Position numbers and translations under genes: made by a program. The notes below the pieces were generated by a model. That model was not told where the DNA came from and searched no databases. It was given only the letters and a program-made list of their open reading frames with translations. Below, in pieces: positions 48,894-61,345 of a stretch of 64,000 nucleotides of DNA. Source of the stretch: Oopsacas minuta (taxonomy: Eukaryota; Animalia; Porifera); NCBI GenBank assembly GCA_024704765.1, contig JAKMXF010000110.1, forward strand, positions 744,001 through 808,000, in the 5' to 3' direction. Numbering within the stretch: position 1 is the first letter of the stretch; each line of letters begins with the position of its first letter.

Positions 48894-49415
48894 ATGGCTA
48901 GCGGACAGTCAGAAGATCTCAGTTCTCGTCTCCTTAGAGAATCACAGGACCACATAGAGTCTGTTAAGGCAGGAGCTACACGCAAGAAAGGGAGAGGATT
49001 CACGGGGGAGTATAGCCGATACTCAGGACCAGGGGATTCAGACAGAAGGAGCGGAGGATCAGGGCCTATCCCAGAGCATAGCATAGAGGGGTGGATCGTA
49101 TTTGTAACGGGTATACACGAAGAGGCAGGAGAAGAGGACTTGTATGATGTATTCGGGGAGCAGGGTGTAGTTAAGAATCTCCATCTTAACATGGATAGAA
49201 GGACAGGCTTCATTAAAGGGTATGCTATGGTCCAATACGAGACGTTTGTAGAGGCAGAAAGTGCTATAGCTAATCTAGACAGGAGTGAGCTACACGGTAA
49301 GGAGATTAGAGTATCGTGGGCATTTGTTAAACCTCCTCAATCCTCTCATAGGTCAGATACTGCTAGGAATATTATCCGTAGTTCTAGACGTGTTATGCAA
49401 GATGATGAGTTCTAA
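48894..49415 (+). CDS. RBM8A: Exon-junction complex core protein Y14
   Basis: KKGRGF...SIEGWIVFVTGIHEEA..LHLNMDRRTGFIKGYAMVQYET...VSWAFVKPP. Confidence 0.95.
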   Translation: MASGQSEDLSSRLLRESQDHIESVKAGATRKKGRGFTGEYSRYSGPGDSDRRSGGSGPIPEHSIEGWIVFVTGIHEEAGEEDLYDVFGEQGVVKNLHLNMDRRTGFIKGYAMVQYETFVEAESAIANLDRSELHGKEIRVSWAFVKPPQSSHRSDTARNIIRSSRRVMQDDEF

Positions 49416-49864
49416 TTTGTTGTTGTTGACTTCATTATAATAGGATTAATGTCTGTGTATTAAATATCAAGGGACCGTGATAATTAATTCGATATAACAG
49501 GTGTTAACTTTATTGCCAGTACAGGCTCCTTAATAGGTTCCTCTGTGGACAGTTCATGTACCATTTGTACCAGGCCTGTATCTCCAGCTGATTACATATT
49601 CCCTAATAGAACTAGAACTATAAAGTGCATATTTAATCTATAGTTCCATATTAAGTACAATTTATCTCATAACATTGGATGTAAGATATTATTATTAAAC
49701 TGAAAATTTTATTAGTACTGATTTTTTGTTGTTGTTTACTGCTTGGGTTTGAGAGTCCATATCTGTCTTGTCAATAGAGTAACTACCTTTAGGTAAGCTA
49801 ACTGTTATCTGAGCCTATAAGTAAATGATAAATATGACAAAGCAGGACAGAGGGCTAACATAAC

Positions 49865-51196
49865 CTAGCTCCTCGCCTCTGTGACATCCAAGGCTGTGCG
49901 GGTAAGTGAGGGGTATTCTCTATTACAAACAATATAATAACTTACTGTGTTGTTTCGATGAGAGGATATACATATCTGCGGAGTATGATATCTCCTATAG
50001 TGTATTGAGTCTGTAGCTGATACTGGGGAGGAAGGAGCTGATCTCATTTTAGAAGTGTGGTAGCTCTAGAAATGTAGATATAATAGTAGCGGGGGTGATT
50101 ATTTATATTTTAAAATAATATATAACACATACTACAAATCATGAATCATAGCATTCTATACATGAATATATTCACCAACTCCCATAATGTGCTTCTGTGA
50201 CGTGTTATGTCCAAGTTACCATGGTTACCTCGTTGGCATTTGCTACAACCCCTCGGAGGAAGGAATGGCTATTACCCAATTATACCATGGATATATAACT
50301 CACTTTACAACACTGTGTTGTAGCTCCCAGCAGCTGAACTATATTATTTAAAGCTTCTTGATGTGTCATGATTACGTCATCCTAAGACACCTATAAATAA
50401 CAGAATCTGATTGGTTGTTATATGTATAACTAACACTTAGTGGATCTTCTGAAACAACTGATATATCTGGCCAATCAACTTTCCGTTTTATACTCCGATT
50501 ATAAGTGTCAACAGCTTGTTTAGTGGAGCGACACAATGAGCATTTTGTCCAGTCATATCCATACGTGTGAAAGTGTGCTAACTCCTGAGACATTCCTATA
50601 TTCCTAATGGTAACTAGGGTTGCTATATTAATATTAATAATCACTTTAAAACAGGAATGTATAATGTGATTAGATTATCCATGGTTCAATAGTGCGATAA
50701 GCTAAGTGAATATTTCATAATTTTATGGTTGCTATGTAATCGCTTTTGGAATGCTTGGAATGCATAATATATGCAAAAGTAGGTTTCATATATCCAGCTG
50801 TTATCTGCTTTGAGTTTTTAACATCATTCCTTCTTTGTTCTATTTTTAGATTCTCAGAGGTATGAATTTCAGTTAGGTCAGTCAGTTCCAAACTAGGTGA
50901 TGGAAATCCTATAAATATCATTAATCAGATGTATATATTCATATTTTAACACCTTCCTTACCTGGGAATTCTTTATCCTGATCTGGAACTATCTTATCCA
51001 TGGTTCTTGTAATAGGTTTAGTGAACATAATAGCTGGAGGAGAGTATAATGTGTCCGTAGTTTCTAGTTGTTCTCTATGGAATGTTATCTTCTCTACCAG
51101 TCCCCTTAGGTGTTCTAGAGACATTCCCTTGTGATGTCTACACCGCAATGGAATGTTATACCTATGATAATACCAACGAATAAGCCCCTTCCCCAT
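49865..51196 (-). CDS. Multi-exon gene of unknown function
   Basis: A series of minus-strand ORF segments with donor sites (e.g. GGK|gtaaga ~50955, CLR ~50385, CCK|gtgagt ~50300). The exon structure is not fully resolved and no homology was recognised. Confidence 0.4.
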
Positions 51197-51251
51197 TATA
51201 CGCGCCAATTAATAATATAACAGCTGTTTAATATCACATAACATTGCTACA

Positions 51252-52160
51252 TTATCGTAATCGTGTGTATCCTTGGAATATAATGTCAGCTGGGTTTCCT
51301 GATATGATTAATCTCTCTCCGTTCCTGAAATCTACTGCTAGAGATGAGTATTGATCTCTCCTTCCCTTTCCCCCGTATAGAGGTCTTCTGTCCACCTGTA
51401 GACTAACCATACCGGTAGACTTGTCTCCCAAGACCTGGAACATAACCTGGAGGTTCTTAGGCCTCATTACTAACGGCCATCTTGGTATCCATCTAAAATA
51501 ATATGTACCTCATTCAAACAGGGGACTGACCACAAAGGTGTTACAATTAGTCAGCTGATTGGTACAAATAGGACAGTTTTGTGTATTAGCTTTTCTATGT
51601 TCGAGGAAAGGTTATCTGTTAGGCCTAATGAAAGTCACCTTTTTGGAATGAGGGTATGGGGTTTTTGTATTACAAAAAACTGTACTATAGTTGAACTATA
51701 TATAAGGAATCTGATATTCAAAATGGAATAACATCAACTATCCATGGTACATTCCTCACCTATCTCTGGTAACTGGGGTCTGTAGCTTAGCTCCTCCTCC
51801 ATACGCATATGCTTTGAACTGTCCAGTCCTCAAAGTTGTACCCACGTGTACCTTGACCTCGGGATTAGCTCGTAACAGGACCATCACCTCAGATACGACC
51901 CTTTCCGCAGAGGGTAGTGTGAACAGCCTGTATACCCTCCCTGTGAGTCCTACCCCTATAGCTGTGCCTACACCTCCGAGGTATATCCCTATCTTAGCAG
52001 AGTCCCAGTGAGTGAGACGAGAGAAGAACTTGCTGGACCTGTATACCCCATAGGATAGGGTACCTAGTCCTAGACCAACTACCCCCAGGAATGCTGCTCC
52101 CCTTCTTGATACAGCTACCTTCTTCAATGATACGGACAGTTTGTTAATTAGTCCTGACAT
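51252..52160 (-). CDS. Tim21-like mitochondrial inner-membrane protein (exons 52160-51760, 51492-51252)
   Basis: Basic presequence, two Gly-rich hydrophobic segments, then VG..LRTGQFKAYAYGGG...MFQVLGDKSTGMVSLQV...LAVDF. The AG|A junction is in frame. Confidence 0.65.
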
Positions 52161-52185
52161 ATATCTAACTCATTAATAGATGCTT

Positions 52186-52299
52186 GGATATAAGCACCAG
52201 TTTCTGGAATACGATTCTCGCATATTCCTGTATATTTATACCGGTTACAGGAACATGTATTGTACTCCCAATGGTGATCTTATTAGCCGGTATACACTG
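52186..52299. mobile_element. MITE family 2 copy
   Basis: GGATATAAGCACC...TTAGCCGGTATACACTG|TA. Confidence 0.72.
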
Positions 52300-52358
52300 T
52301 ACAAGTGTTACATACATATTACAACAATAAAATAATCTTTGGAATTTGAAATAATTTC

Positions 52359-52363
52359 AAAAA
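52359..52363 (-). terminator. Pol III T5 terminator of tRNA-Sec
   Basis: TTTTT begins 1 nt after the G73 discriminator. Confidence 0.8.
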
Positions 52364-52364
52364 G

Positions 52365-52451
52365 CGCCCGAAAGGTGGAATCGAACCACTCTGTCGCTAG
52401 ACAGCTACAGGTTTGAAGCCTGCACACCACACCAGTGAAGCTCATTCAGGC
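52365..52451 (-). tRNA. tRNA-Sec (anticodon UCA)
   Basis: GCCTGAATGAGCTTCACTGGTGTGGTGTGCAGGCTTCAAACCTGTAGCTGTCTAGCGACAGAGTGGTTCGATTCCACCTTTCGGGCG, 87 nt, with a long variable arm and a 9/4 fold. The 3' two-thirds is nearly identical to vertebrate tRNA-Sec as recalled. Confidence 0.96.
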
Positions 52452-52473
52452 AATTATTGTACTCTCTAAGAAC

Positions 52474-52481
52474 TATTTATA
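52474..52481 (-). promoter_or_regulatory. Upstream TATA box of tRNA-Sec
   Basis: TATAAATA at -30 to -23, as expected for the external promoter of metazoan tRNA-Sec genes. Confidence 0.65.
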
Positions 52482-53488
52482 CTCCATATCTCTATGTCTG
52501 ATTGATATATGGGTTGGTTAGAATAATTACTGATATAGTATAACCGCCACTTCTGGTAATTGAGTGAAAATGAATAGAGCGAATTCCTAGTCTCATACAA
52601 ATGAGCCTCCATACACGAGGTAGCATTTTTCGGCTGTACACACCACCCACCGGCTCCCTAAGGCTACATACACAACATATGAACATAGTATACACGTCAT
52701 TGTATAGGTAACCCTTGAATAGTTTCTATAAGATATCATACGAACTTTGGAGAAATCAGAAATACTGTTCTCATCCTAGCCCTGAGTACAATAACATACC
52801 AATGAGGGAATACATCACTAAGGTATAGCTATCAGTAATGTTATGATATAAATCATCTGCTGGCTGTCATATAAATGCATTAATTAACAACATCTCCTGT
52901 TATAGAATTAGGGATTTTAAATCCTGGAAGATATTCCTTTGTCAGAGAATTGATATCTCCCATCTGTATGAAGATCTTTAAATACAGCATTTCCAGATTA
53001 TATGCATTCTTATAGCTCAGTGGTAAGGCTCTTGGGTAATCCAAGGGAGAAAAGGCTTAGGAAAGGCTTTCCTAATGCCTCGTATGGTTTATAAAACTCA
53101 CCATAATAGTCGGTGAGAGCAAATTACAAGTTATTAATTTGCTATTCCTTACCAAAATGAAGTATAATTTAATAAAAAGATTCGTAAACGAATTATTAAT
53201 CGCTTACTGGTCTATAATTACATTACGTGGCAGTAATTAGCACATTTCTAGATAGAACAATTAGCGACCAATATCGGTTATTCATATTCATAACTCGTTT
53301 CCATAGCAACTAAAACGATCATTAGATTAGTAGTAAATAATGTATGTATTCATTGAATAATTATTGGTTGCTATGGTGCTATATTATGGAATGTAGCATG
53401 TCTGTACAGATGGCTTAATATTGTGTCTATAGATATTTTGATAATTTATTCAGAAGATAAGAACATAATTATTACAGGGAGACAGGGG

Positions 53489-56400
53489 TTATACACTGAG
53501 CTCTTTAAATGCTGAAGGAGTGGAGGAGGAATTCGAGCTCTCAAAACTCCTCATAGATTCTGGTATGTTTACTTTATACTTTGAGTTTCTGTTGTAAACA
53601 AGTATCTTCAGTAGTAATACTACTACCATAATTATTAGTACAAGTATTACAGATCCTACATAGAAGCCAACTATGGTCAGAGCTATTATGTAGGTTAAGT
53701 CAGATCTTAGAGGGATGAAGGAAGGTAGAATTGTAGGTTCTGTTATGGGTGTTTGTTGATCTGTTGTTGTTTGATCAGTTTCTTGTATAGATATATCAGA
53801 TGGTGTGCTTGTGGTTATCTCGATATGTACAGTAGTACTGGTCGTTTCTTCAGGTGTTGTTACTGCCTCTGTAGTGCTTTCCTCCGTTTCTGTAGTACCA
53901 GCTACTGTTTCTGGAGTACTTGTAATGCCCTCTGTAGTACTAGCTACTGTTTCTGGAGTACTCGTTACTCCCTCTGTAGTAGTAGCTACTGTTTCTGGAG
54001 TACTCGTTACTCCCTCTGTAGTACTTGCCACTGTTTCTGTAGTAGTTGCTACAGTTTCTGGAGTACTCGTTACTCCCTCTGTAGTACTTGCTACTGTTTC
54101 TGGAGTACTCGTTACTCCCTCTGTAGTACTTGCCACTGTTTCTGTAGTAGTTGCTACAGTTTCTGGAGTACTCGTTACTCCCTCTGTAGTACTTGCTACT
54201 GTTTCTGGAGTACTCGTTACTCCCTCTGTAGTACTTGTCACTGTTTCTGTAGTACTTGCTACTCCCTCTGTAGTACTTGCTACTGTTTCTGTAGTGGTAG
54301 ATGTAGTACTTTCCACTGGTATAGTAGTTACCTCCGGTGTAGTAGTAGTAGTGCTTGACTCTATTGTTGTACTAGGTTCCAAACATGTTTTAGAAACAGG
54401 GTCCCAAATCGTCCCTTCTATACACACACAGGACTTATCGTCACATACCAATCCCTCTCCCTGACAACGGAATACGTCACCATCTTCGGTACAACCATCA
54501 AGACTCCTACAGCTGATACTATCAGGATGTAGTACATGGTCATCATAACATGAACAGCTGATCGTCTGGTTTACTAGATGTGACACACAGCTGAACCTAT
54601 CTGTATGACAGTAGTGTGAAGCTACCCCATCAGCTGATACACCACATGTAGACAGTTCCACACAGGCAGCCCCCTCTTCCAGGTCCCCTTGTCCTATAGG
54701 ACAGGCACATGCATAGGACAGGTTACCACTGGGTATACAGAAATGAGGACATTTATCCTCAAAATCCCAGCACATTGTATTCTGATAGTTCTTAGTACAC
54801 TTTATGAAATTCTTGTTGTCATGGCAACTAGAGCTGAGACTAAACTGTGGTTCTGCTCGTGAGAACATGAGTAGACTGGACAGATAGCTATGCTGACAGG
54901 TACAGTCCTCGTCGAATTTGCTTGATCTAACATTTAGTGTTGTCAGAGATACCATAGGTATGAATATTTCCACAGGAACATATATAAGCTCTCTATTACT
55001 AGTTAGATATAGACTAGTCAGCTGATAGAGTGATGAGGTGTTGGTGGACAGAGTACGGAGACTATTGAGGTTACCTAGGTGCAGATATGTGAGTTTAGTT
55101 AATCCTATGAGTGCTTCAGATGATATCGTCTCTAGATTAGGCATGTTAGCTAGTCTCAGTCTATTCAGTTGTTTGTTAGATACGAATGTACCATCAGTTA
55201 TCTCTATAGTATCCTCTGAGCCTGAGAGATATAGATTTCTTAAGTTTGGGAGATTTTTAAGGATAGTGTGAGTAAGATTTCCAATGTTAAAGTTATTCAG
55301 ATTGAGCTCTTCTAGATTCCCTGCTCCTCCCTCTGGTCGTGCTATGCTGGAGAGAGGGAGAGAGTGTATAGAGACGGATTGGAGTCGGAGTTTGATGATG
55401 GGGGGCATTGATAAGAATGAGTTAACATTCTCAAAGTGTGAGAATTCAAATCCTAACAGTTGTAGCTCCTTTAGCACTGGAAATATCTGAAATAAAGAAT
55501 ATAAATATAATTACTATTATTCTATCTCTCACTAATGTATCGTTAGTATTTTTGCAGGATTTCCCTTTCTAATACACTTAATTGCTATTAGACCAATGTG
55601 GAACTATGGAAATGAGACCAACACCTTAACAATAATTCTAACTTCCAATTTAATACCAAATAATTTTTGCAACCAAGATTACTCAAATATGTAAAATCAC
55701 TATATTCTATACGTCATCACTTACGAATAATGTTTCGCATAGAATCTGCTTAACGCCTTAAACCGACACATTAGCATAAATTGAAAATAACACAGAGATA
55801 CTCGTGTAGCTTTGTCTGTGGTTATTTTGTCTATATTGACAAGATTATACTTTCAAGAAATTAATAGTGTATAGTTGCAGTTCTGGTTTGATTAATCACT
55901 CAGTTCATAGATAAGTGGCGAGTCAGTAAATTGGCCACTGAGCTATTTCAAACATAGTTGCACTTCATATGATTGTGTCGAATAACTATTCACATTCCTT
56001 ACATCAAATATGTACACAGCTCTAGAAAAATATATTATTTGGCGAATTCTTGCATCTACAATGATTATACGAATCTCTGGATAAGACATAAAATGATCAG
56101 TCCTTCTCAGTCCTTCTAATTCCATTCAATGAGCAACTCCTGTTATACCGAAATACCCGCTTAGAAGTCATAAATTGTACAAATATGGTTCCAAACCGTC
56201 AAAGTAATATAAATTAGATTGAATTTGGTATATTGAGTTACTACTCTTGAATAGGTGTTATGTGAATTTCCAGTGCCTTAATTCTGTAATATAATAGTTT
56301 AGTATAATTAAGTTCGAATGAATTAAAGCTTAATGAAATATTCACTAAGAAATGGATATCTTACAAAATATTAATATGCAAACTTAACAAAATACTTAAG

Positions 56401-57853
56401 TGTAGTCACACTACTAACCATAAGGAGGATAGTAATTGTACTAAGTCATGTTTATGTTAACTATGCTGTTTACTGTAGTTACGTAATGGTAATAGGAATT
56501 TCCTGAGGGATACAAGGAGGTAGGACTACAGGCCACCATTGGGCTGATAAACAGCCTCCTGTAGCTTTATGCAACTTGAGACAGTTTATATGTAAAATAG
56601 AATATAGCTTGTTAATAGCTTCTAATTATATAAGTGGTGAGATGAAAGAGTTATGAATCCTTTCATTTCTGTGTAATTAGCTGGCATATATGTAATAATA
56701 ATTTTATTAAAGATATAAACTACCGCAGACAGTAGCAATTTGCAAATATTGCAATAATATATTTATGGAATTATTGCCAACTCCCGTAATATCGTAGCTC
56801 AAGGAACAGCGATAATTAATCCGATTTAAGAGATGAGATATAGGGCAATTGGACAGTTTGTGATCAAGTTTTACTATTCAAGACTTCCATGTATATCAGT
56901 GTTATTGTAGTAGGATATAATGTAATTGATGCAAAACACAGTTCCAGCCGAATCGATAAAACTCTTGCAGCCGTGTTAATACTGCCATATATGGTGGTAA
57001 TCTGATAATAATGTTATTGGCAATAGTGTCTATACTTACAGTAAGTGTCAGACAATATAGTCAGCTTATTAGTTACGTATTAGATCATGAAATTCTATAT
57101 TAAACTCACTCTATTGTCAAAGAACACTGATTCATCAAAACTACCAGTAGGCGATGTCATCTTAAGAGTTAAGCTCTCTAGCGTGTGTAGAGGTGTTAAA
57201 AGAATTGATGACGTCATTAATGGGTAGAATTCAAAATCCTCTAAAGTTAATTTTTTCAGTTTAGGTAGTGTCTCTCCTAATTTGAATACTGAGTCTAACA
57301 GGATATGCTCTACCCACTCTCCCTCTGTATTTGATAACAGTAAAGACTCTAGGCCAAGGAGTCCTGCTAGGTTACCAGTAGTTACACCGCTTATGTTGAA
57401 ACCGGTTACGCTAAGTCTTTTGAGTTTCTCCAGATTGTCCTGTGTACCAATCCTGCTTACATCAAAGGGAACTGCTTGCACGGTGTATAGAGATATAACA
57501 GATATAGCTCCAGGCGTAGAAGAGAACATATATGGAGAGTAGTTGGTAGAGGAAGTGTCTGGATAGATGTATACTCTTAGGAAGGATAATTTCTCGAATA
57601 TAGAGAGGTCTGGGTATAAGATAGGGGAGAGATTGTTTGTGTGGTACTGGTCAGATGTGCCCACATATAAACTCAACCATCTGACCAGATCTCTATCATC
57701 AGCTGGTATAAAAGGTGTGAAGTCTGTAGAAGTCAATAGTTCACATTTTAGCTCACCATTTGTTGCAGAGAAGATACAGCCTTCTTCACAAATTGTGTTT
57801 CTTATAAATACAAAACACAAAACAATAACAAGTCTAATAATATTCATTTTCAT
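53489..57853 (-). CDS. Type I membrane protein: signal peptide, LRRs, EGF-like repeats, Thr-rich mucin stalk, TM, short tail (exons 57853-57110, 55486-53489)
   Basis: Phase-0 junction AGA|gtgagt...cag|ATA. LxxLxLxxN repeats; CPHFCIP..YACACPIG and CSCYDDHVLHPDSISC; TTEGVTSTPETVA repeats; TM YIIALTIVGFYVGSVILVLIIMVVVLLL. Confidence 0.85.
53870..54300. repeat. Coding minisatellite (39-bp and 21-bp units) encoding the mucin stalk
   Basis: Repeated ACAGAGGGAGTAACGAGTACTCCAGAAACAGTAGC, with interspersed ACTACAGAAACAGTGGCAAGT units. Confidence 0.92.
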
Positions 57854-60398
57854 TTTTATTTCATTTGATAACTTCAGCTAGCATTTATACTAGCTAGCTG
57901 CAATGTATACGTCTGTGTTAATAGAGTATTGGAATATAGACCTACCTCCCAGGGTGATGAGAATACTGCTGGCGACCTATTAGCACGTTAGTACATGTGT
58001 GTCAGGTATTACTGGGACGTAACGTAAAATTTGTTCGTCACCTTTGTGAAACAGGAAACTGAAGCCATATAGAATTTAGAGAGGAAGAAACTAACTCAAA
58101 ATGTTGCGTAGTCGTGTTTGTGTATCGGAAATTTACAGTAAAGGCCCGGAATAATTCTGAGAATACATACGACAATACATTTCGTATCTAATCTTCCAGC
58201 TTGTAAGATATGTATATACCCTCTCTTATTAATTGAATATTATACTTACTCGTCTATCCCAGTAGACCTGAAAGTTCCATTAGCTACTTCTCTCCCTTGG
58301 GGTCATATTGTAACTACTCTCTGGAATTATTCTATCGTCATTAATTCACTAACGAATATAATTACAATTGTATAATAAACATATTATCAGTAATTATGAG
58401 ATGCATACGGATTCCTATCTACCCGTAAGGTTGCTAACATGCTAATATAAGTTCCAATAATTAACATTTACGTATTTCCCGTATAGAAGAAACTTATCCC
58501 TCGGGGGGGGAAACGACACCCTTCGACCCAATATACCAATTTTACATATGGTACAGGACCCTCCTGAGTCCGTAACCTGTTCTAGGAATATTCTCTCTGA
58601 TCAGACAACAGAATAACTTGAATACTTTACTCGTCATGTTGTTCTTTTAGAATCTCTCTTAGTGACCCTCCAGGCCTAACTTAGAGTGCTAATATAGAAC
58701 CTGTGTCTGTGTTAAGGTATACCACGCATCCAATAATTATTATACAACAGCTAATGGCAAACTGTAGTCCCTAGCTATAGCACGAACACCTACAATTAAG
58801 TTATCAGCTGAACTGAAGTGATAAACCTAAATAGGTCTGAATTCTGGCCTGCGATCAGCGGATAAATAAAATTCTATACAATTATTATATGTATGAATAT
58901 ACGTGTTTGTCTCCTCTAACACCCCAGCACTTCTTTAATTAATAACCAATTATCCATCATATTGTGTCTGGCGCCCAATTAGTGTCATTGTGTCCTCTAA
59001 TGGCAGACAATACAGCTGATACCATTTTAATGTGAGACCATCAACAATGAATTGTGATAATATTTGTTGATTTAAGCGATAATAAGAACTATAGCTGGGA
59101 TAGTTCTGTATAGACATATTCACATATTGATACACATATCTAAGGTAGTCTGTGTTATGTCTGATAAACTATTGCGACAGACAATATTCGTCTGTTTATT
59201 TGTTATCCTTACTTGTCCTGTGTTCCTACTGATAATAACATTATCACACCCATGTATGTAATGTGTTAACAGTTATGTCTAACATTCTATTATATACTTA
59301 GAGGTCGTGTTACGTAATTTCTCTCAAATATCACAAGTAATCACTGATTCAATGAGAATTGATGTAATGGGCTGGATTCATAAATCCATTCTATAGGCGC
59401 CATTTGGAGGTGTTTACAGTTGTTTTTAGTCTCACTAAAGTGTTATAAACCAGAATATTACGTAAACTAATACGCCAAATCGTACATAAATGTAATCATT
59501 TTGAAAGTAAGTCCTGCTAAGTTTCTACATATATTTGTTATTCCATCCTAGTAACCATGTGTATCAATTGGCATTTGAATTAATTCATTATCTGTTTGTG
59601 TCCATTTGTACCACGGATACTACTACAGGTTTAGCCCTCTCTCCTAGGTATTTATTCGTTGTTAATTTGTAATAATTGTGGCTTTGTGGTGGAATTAATA
59701 ATATGTAACTAGCTAGTGGATATGAATCATATCATTATCACCTCAGCTCTATCTGAGCTAACCATATACCAGGTGATATGACAATTTCCTAATTTAGTGA
59801 TTAATCATATGATTAATCCAGGTTTAGCTATTAATTATTCATATAGTGGTGTGTTAGGTCAAATTGTGTGTTGATAAATATGATTATTCAGTCGTGCTAT
59901 AACGATCTGACGGTGATAGCACCTGACAACCAGAGTTAAGCAAAATATTATCTGCATATTTATCTCGGTGGATGTGACCATGGTTACCAGTAGAGGACAA
60001 TTTCGTCCAATTAGAATATCCCCTCCCCCGTGACAGGATAGTAACATATTTTGCAAATGTTATGTAATAATGTATAAGCATTGCTTATAATATAAGTAAC
60101 TGATTGCGTCTTATATCAAATATTTCTTATCATAGTGTTTGCAAACAAACAAACAATGAACTACGATTCATGTTAGGTAAGCTATCTCGGCCTGTGTGTA
60201 TATCTATCAGCTGTCCTGCTGGTTATATACGGAGACCGTTCATACGTTACGTCCCACAGAGAAATATCCTACTAGTATAATCTCCACAAACCTCCGTGTA
60301 TATATGTTAATTTCTATGGCACTAGGAATTAGGTCTATTATACTCACTCCCTTTCCAGAGCCTCGGTTATGAGGTTTGACAGTATAGCTATTATTTGT

Positions 60399-60399
<1 letters not shown>

Positions 60400-60476
<77 letters not shown>
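60400..60476. repeat. (ATT)n microsatellite
   Basis: About 25 perfect triplets. Confidence 0.97.
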
Positions 60477-60478
<2 letters not shown>

Positions 60479-60482
60479 ACAT

Positions 60483-60791
60483 TTACAGAAACTGAATTGG
60501 TTGCAGAGTTGTATGAATCTTGCCGTAAGGAATTCTATGCTCGTAATTATCCAGATCCACTGATATAGTGTCATACCTCTGTCCAAATGATGACACAGGG
60601 GTTGAATTATTTGTGAAAGGTGTCTTCATGCCCCCCAGGTACCCATACTGTCTATTGAACCCTTTCATCTTTTTGTAGTATCTCCATAGCAACAGCAATA
60701 GAAGCACAAGGAATGTTATGAATAATGTGAATACTGCGATTAAGGTCAGGGCTAGTGTCAGCTGTATTTCTTTTGGTGTTACAGTTTGCAT
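60483..60791 (-). CDS. Small single-pass membrane protein or exon, with a Tyr-rich cytoplasmic part
   Basis: A 25-residue hydrophobic stretch followed by WRYYKK and YGYL/YDTI/YEHR/YGKI. The exon structure is uncertain. Confidence 0.45.
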   Translation of the reverse strand: MQTVTPKEIQLTLALTLIAVFTLFITFLVLLLLLLWRYYKKMKGFNRQYGYLGGMKTPFTNNSTPVSSFGQRYDTISVDLDNYEHRIPYGKIHTTLQPIQFL

Positions 60792-61173
60792 TTTAGTTAT
60801 TTGTTAGTTTAGTTAATATTCAGTTTATATATGTTCTGTAGTTATGTAAATGGGTCCTCGTATAAACTAATCTGCCTACCTTAGCATGATCTGGTTGCTA
60901 AGCTATATGCAATTAGATTTATTACTGATTTTATCTAGAATCACATTGTATCTTTTATGTTAGTAGCCTGGCACATTCCTCAGGTGATCTGGTATCCTGG
61001 GAGATAACAATTTCTAATTCATGAGAATATTGATGAATTAATTATGGGCTCTTTACAAATATTTTAATTTCTATTCAAATTATCCTATGGATAATATTGA
61101 AAATATTCAATATTATTATATTGTATTATTATCTCCAATTGACACCTTACAGCGAATAATCACTCCCCCTAAT

Positions 61174-61275
61174 CAGGATTTCTCAACCTGAGGTCTATGG
61201 ACCCCTTGGTCATCCACAGGGCCCACAGGATCTCAAAAATGTGTATTACAATCTGTGGGAGGGTCACAGAATGTG
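61174..61275 (+). mobile_element. hAT-like MITE
   Basis: CAGGATTTCTCAACCTGAGGTCTATGGACCCCTTGG is a hAT-type left terminus. Confidence 0.5.
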
Positions 61276-61345
61276 TTAAAATATTCTAACTAGATATTTC
61301 AATACTTAGAGCACATTTGTGCATATCCATGGTTATTCAATCACC

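Noticed and set aside
53753-54464. Long Cys-rich and Val-rich plus-strand ORFs
   Set aside because: They are antisense shadows of the stop-free mucin minisatellite.
57900-60300. Possible small exons around 58490-58720
   Set aside because: No frame gave a recognisable product or a convincing pair of splice sites.
60344-60586. Poly-Asn and poly-Leu ORFs
   Set aside because: They are translations of the (ATT)n microsatellite.
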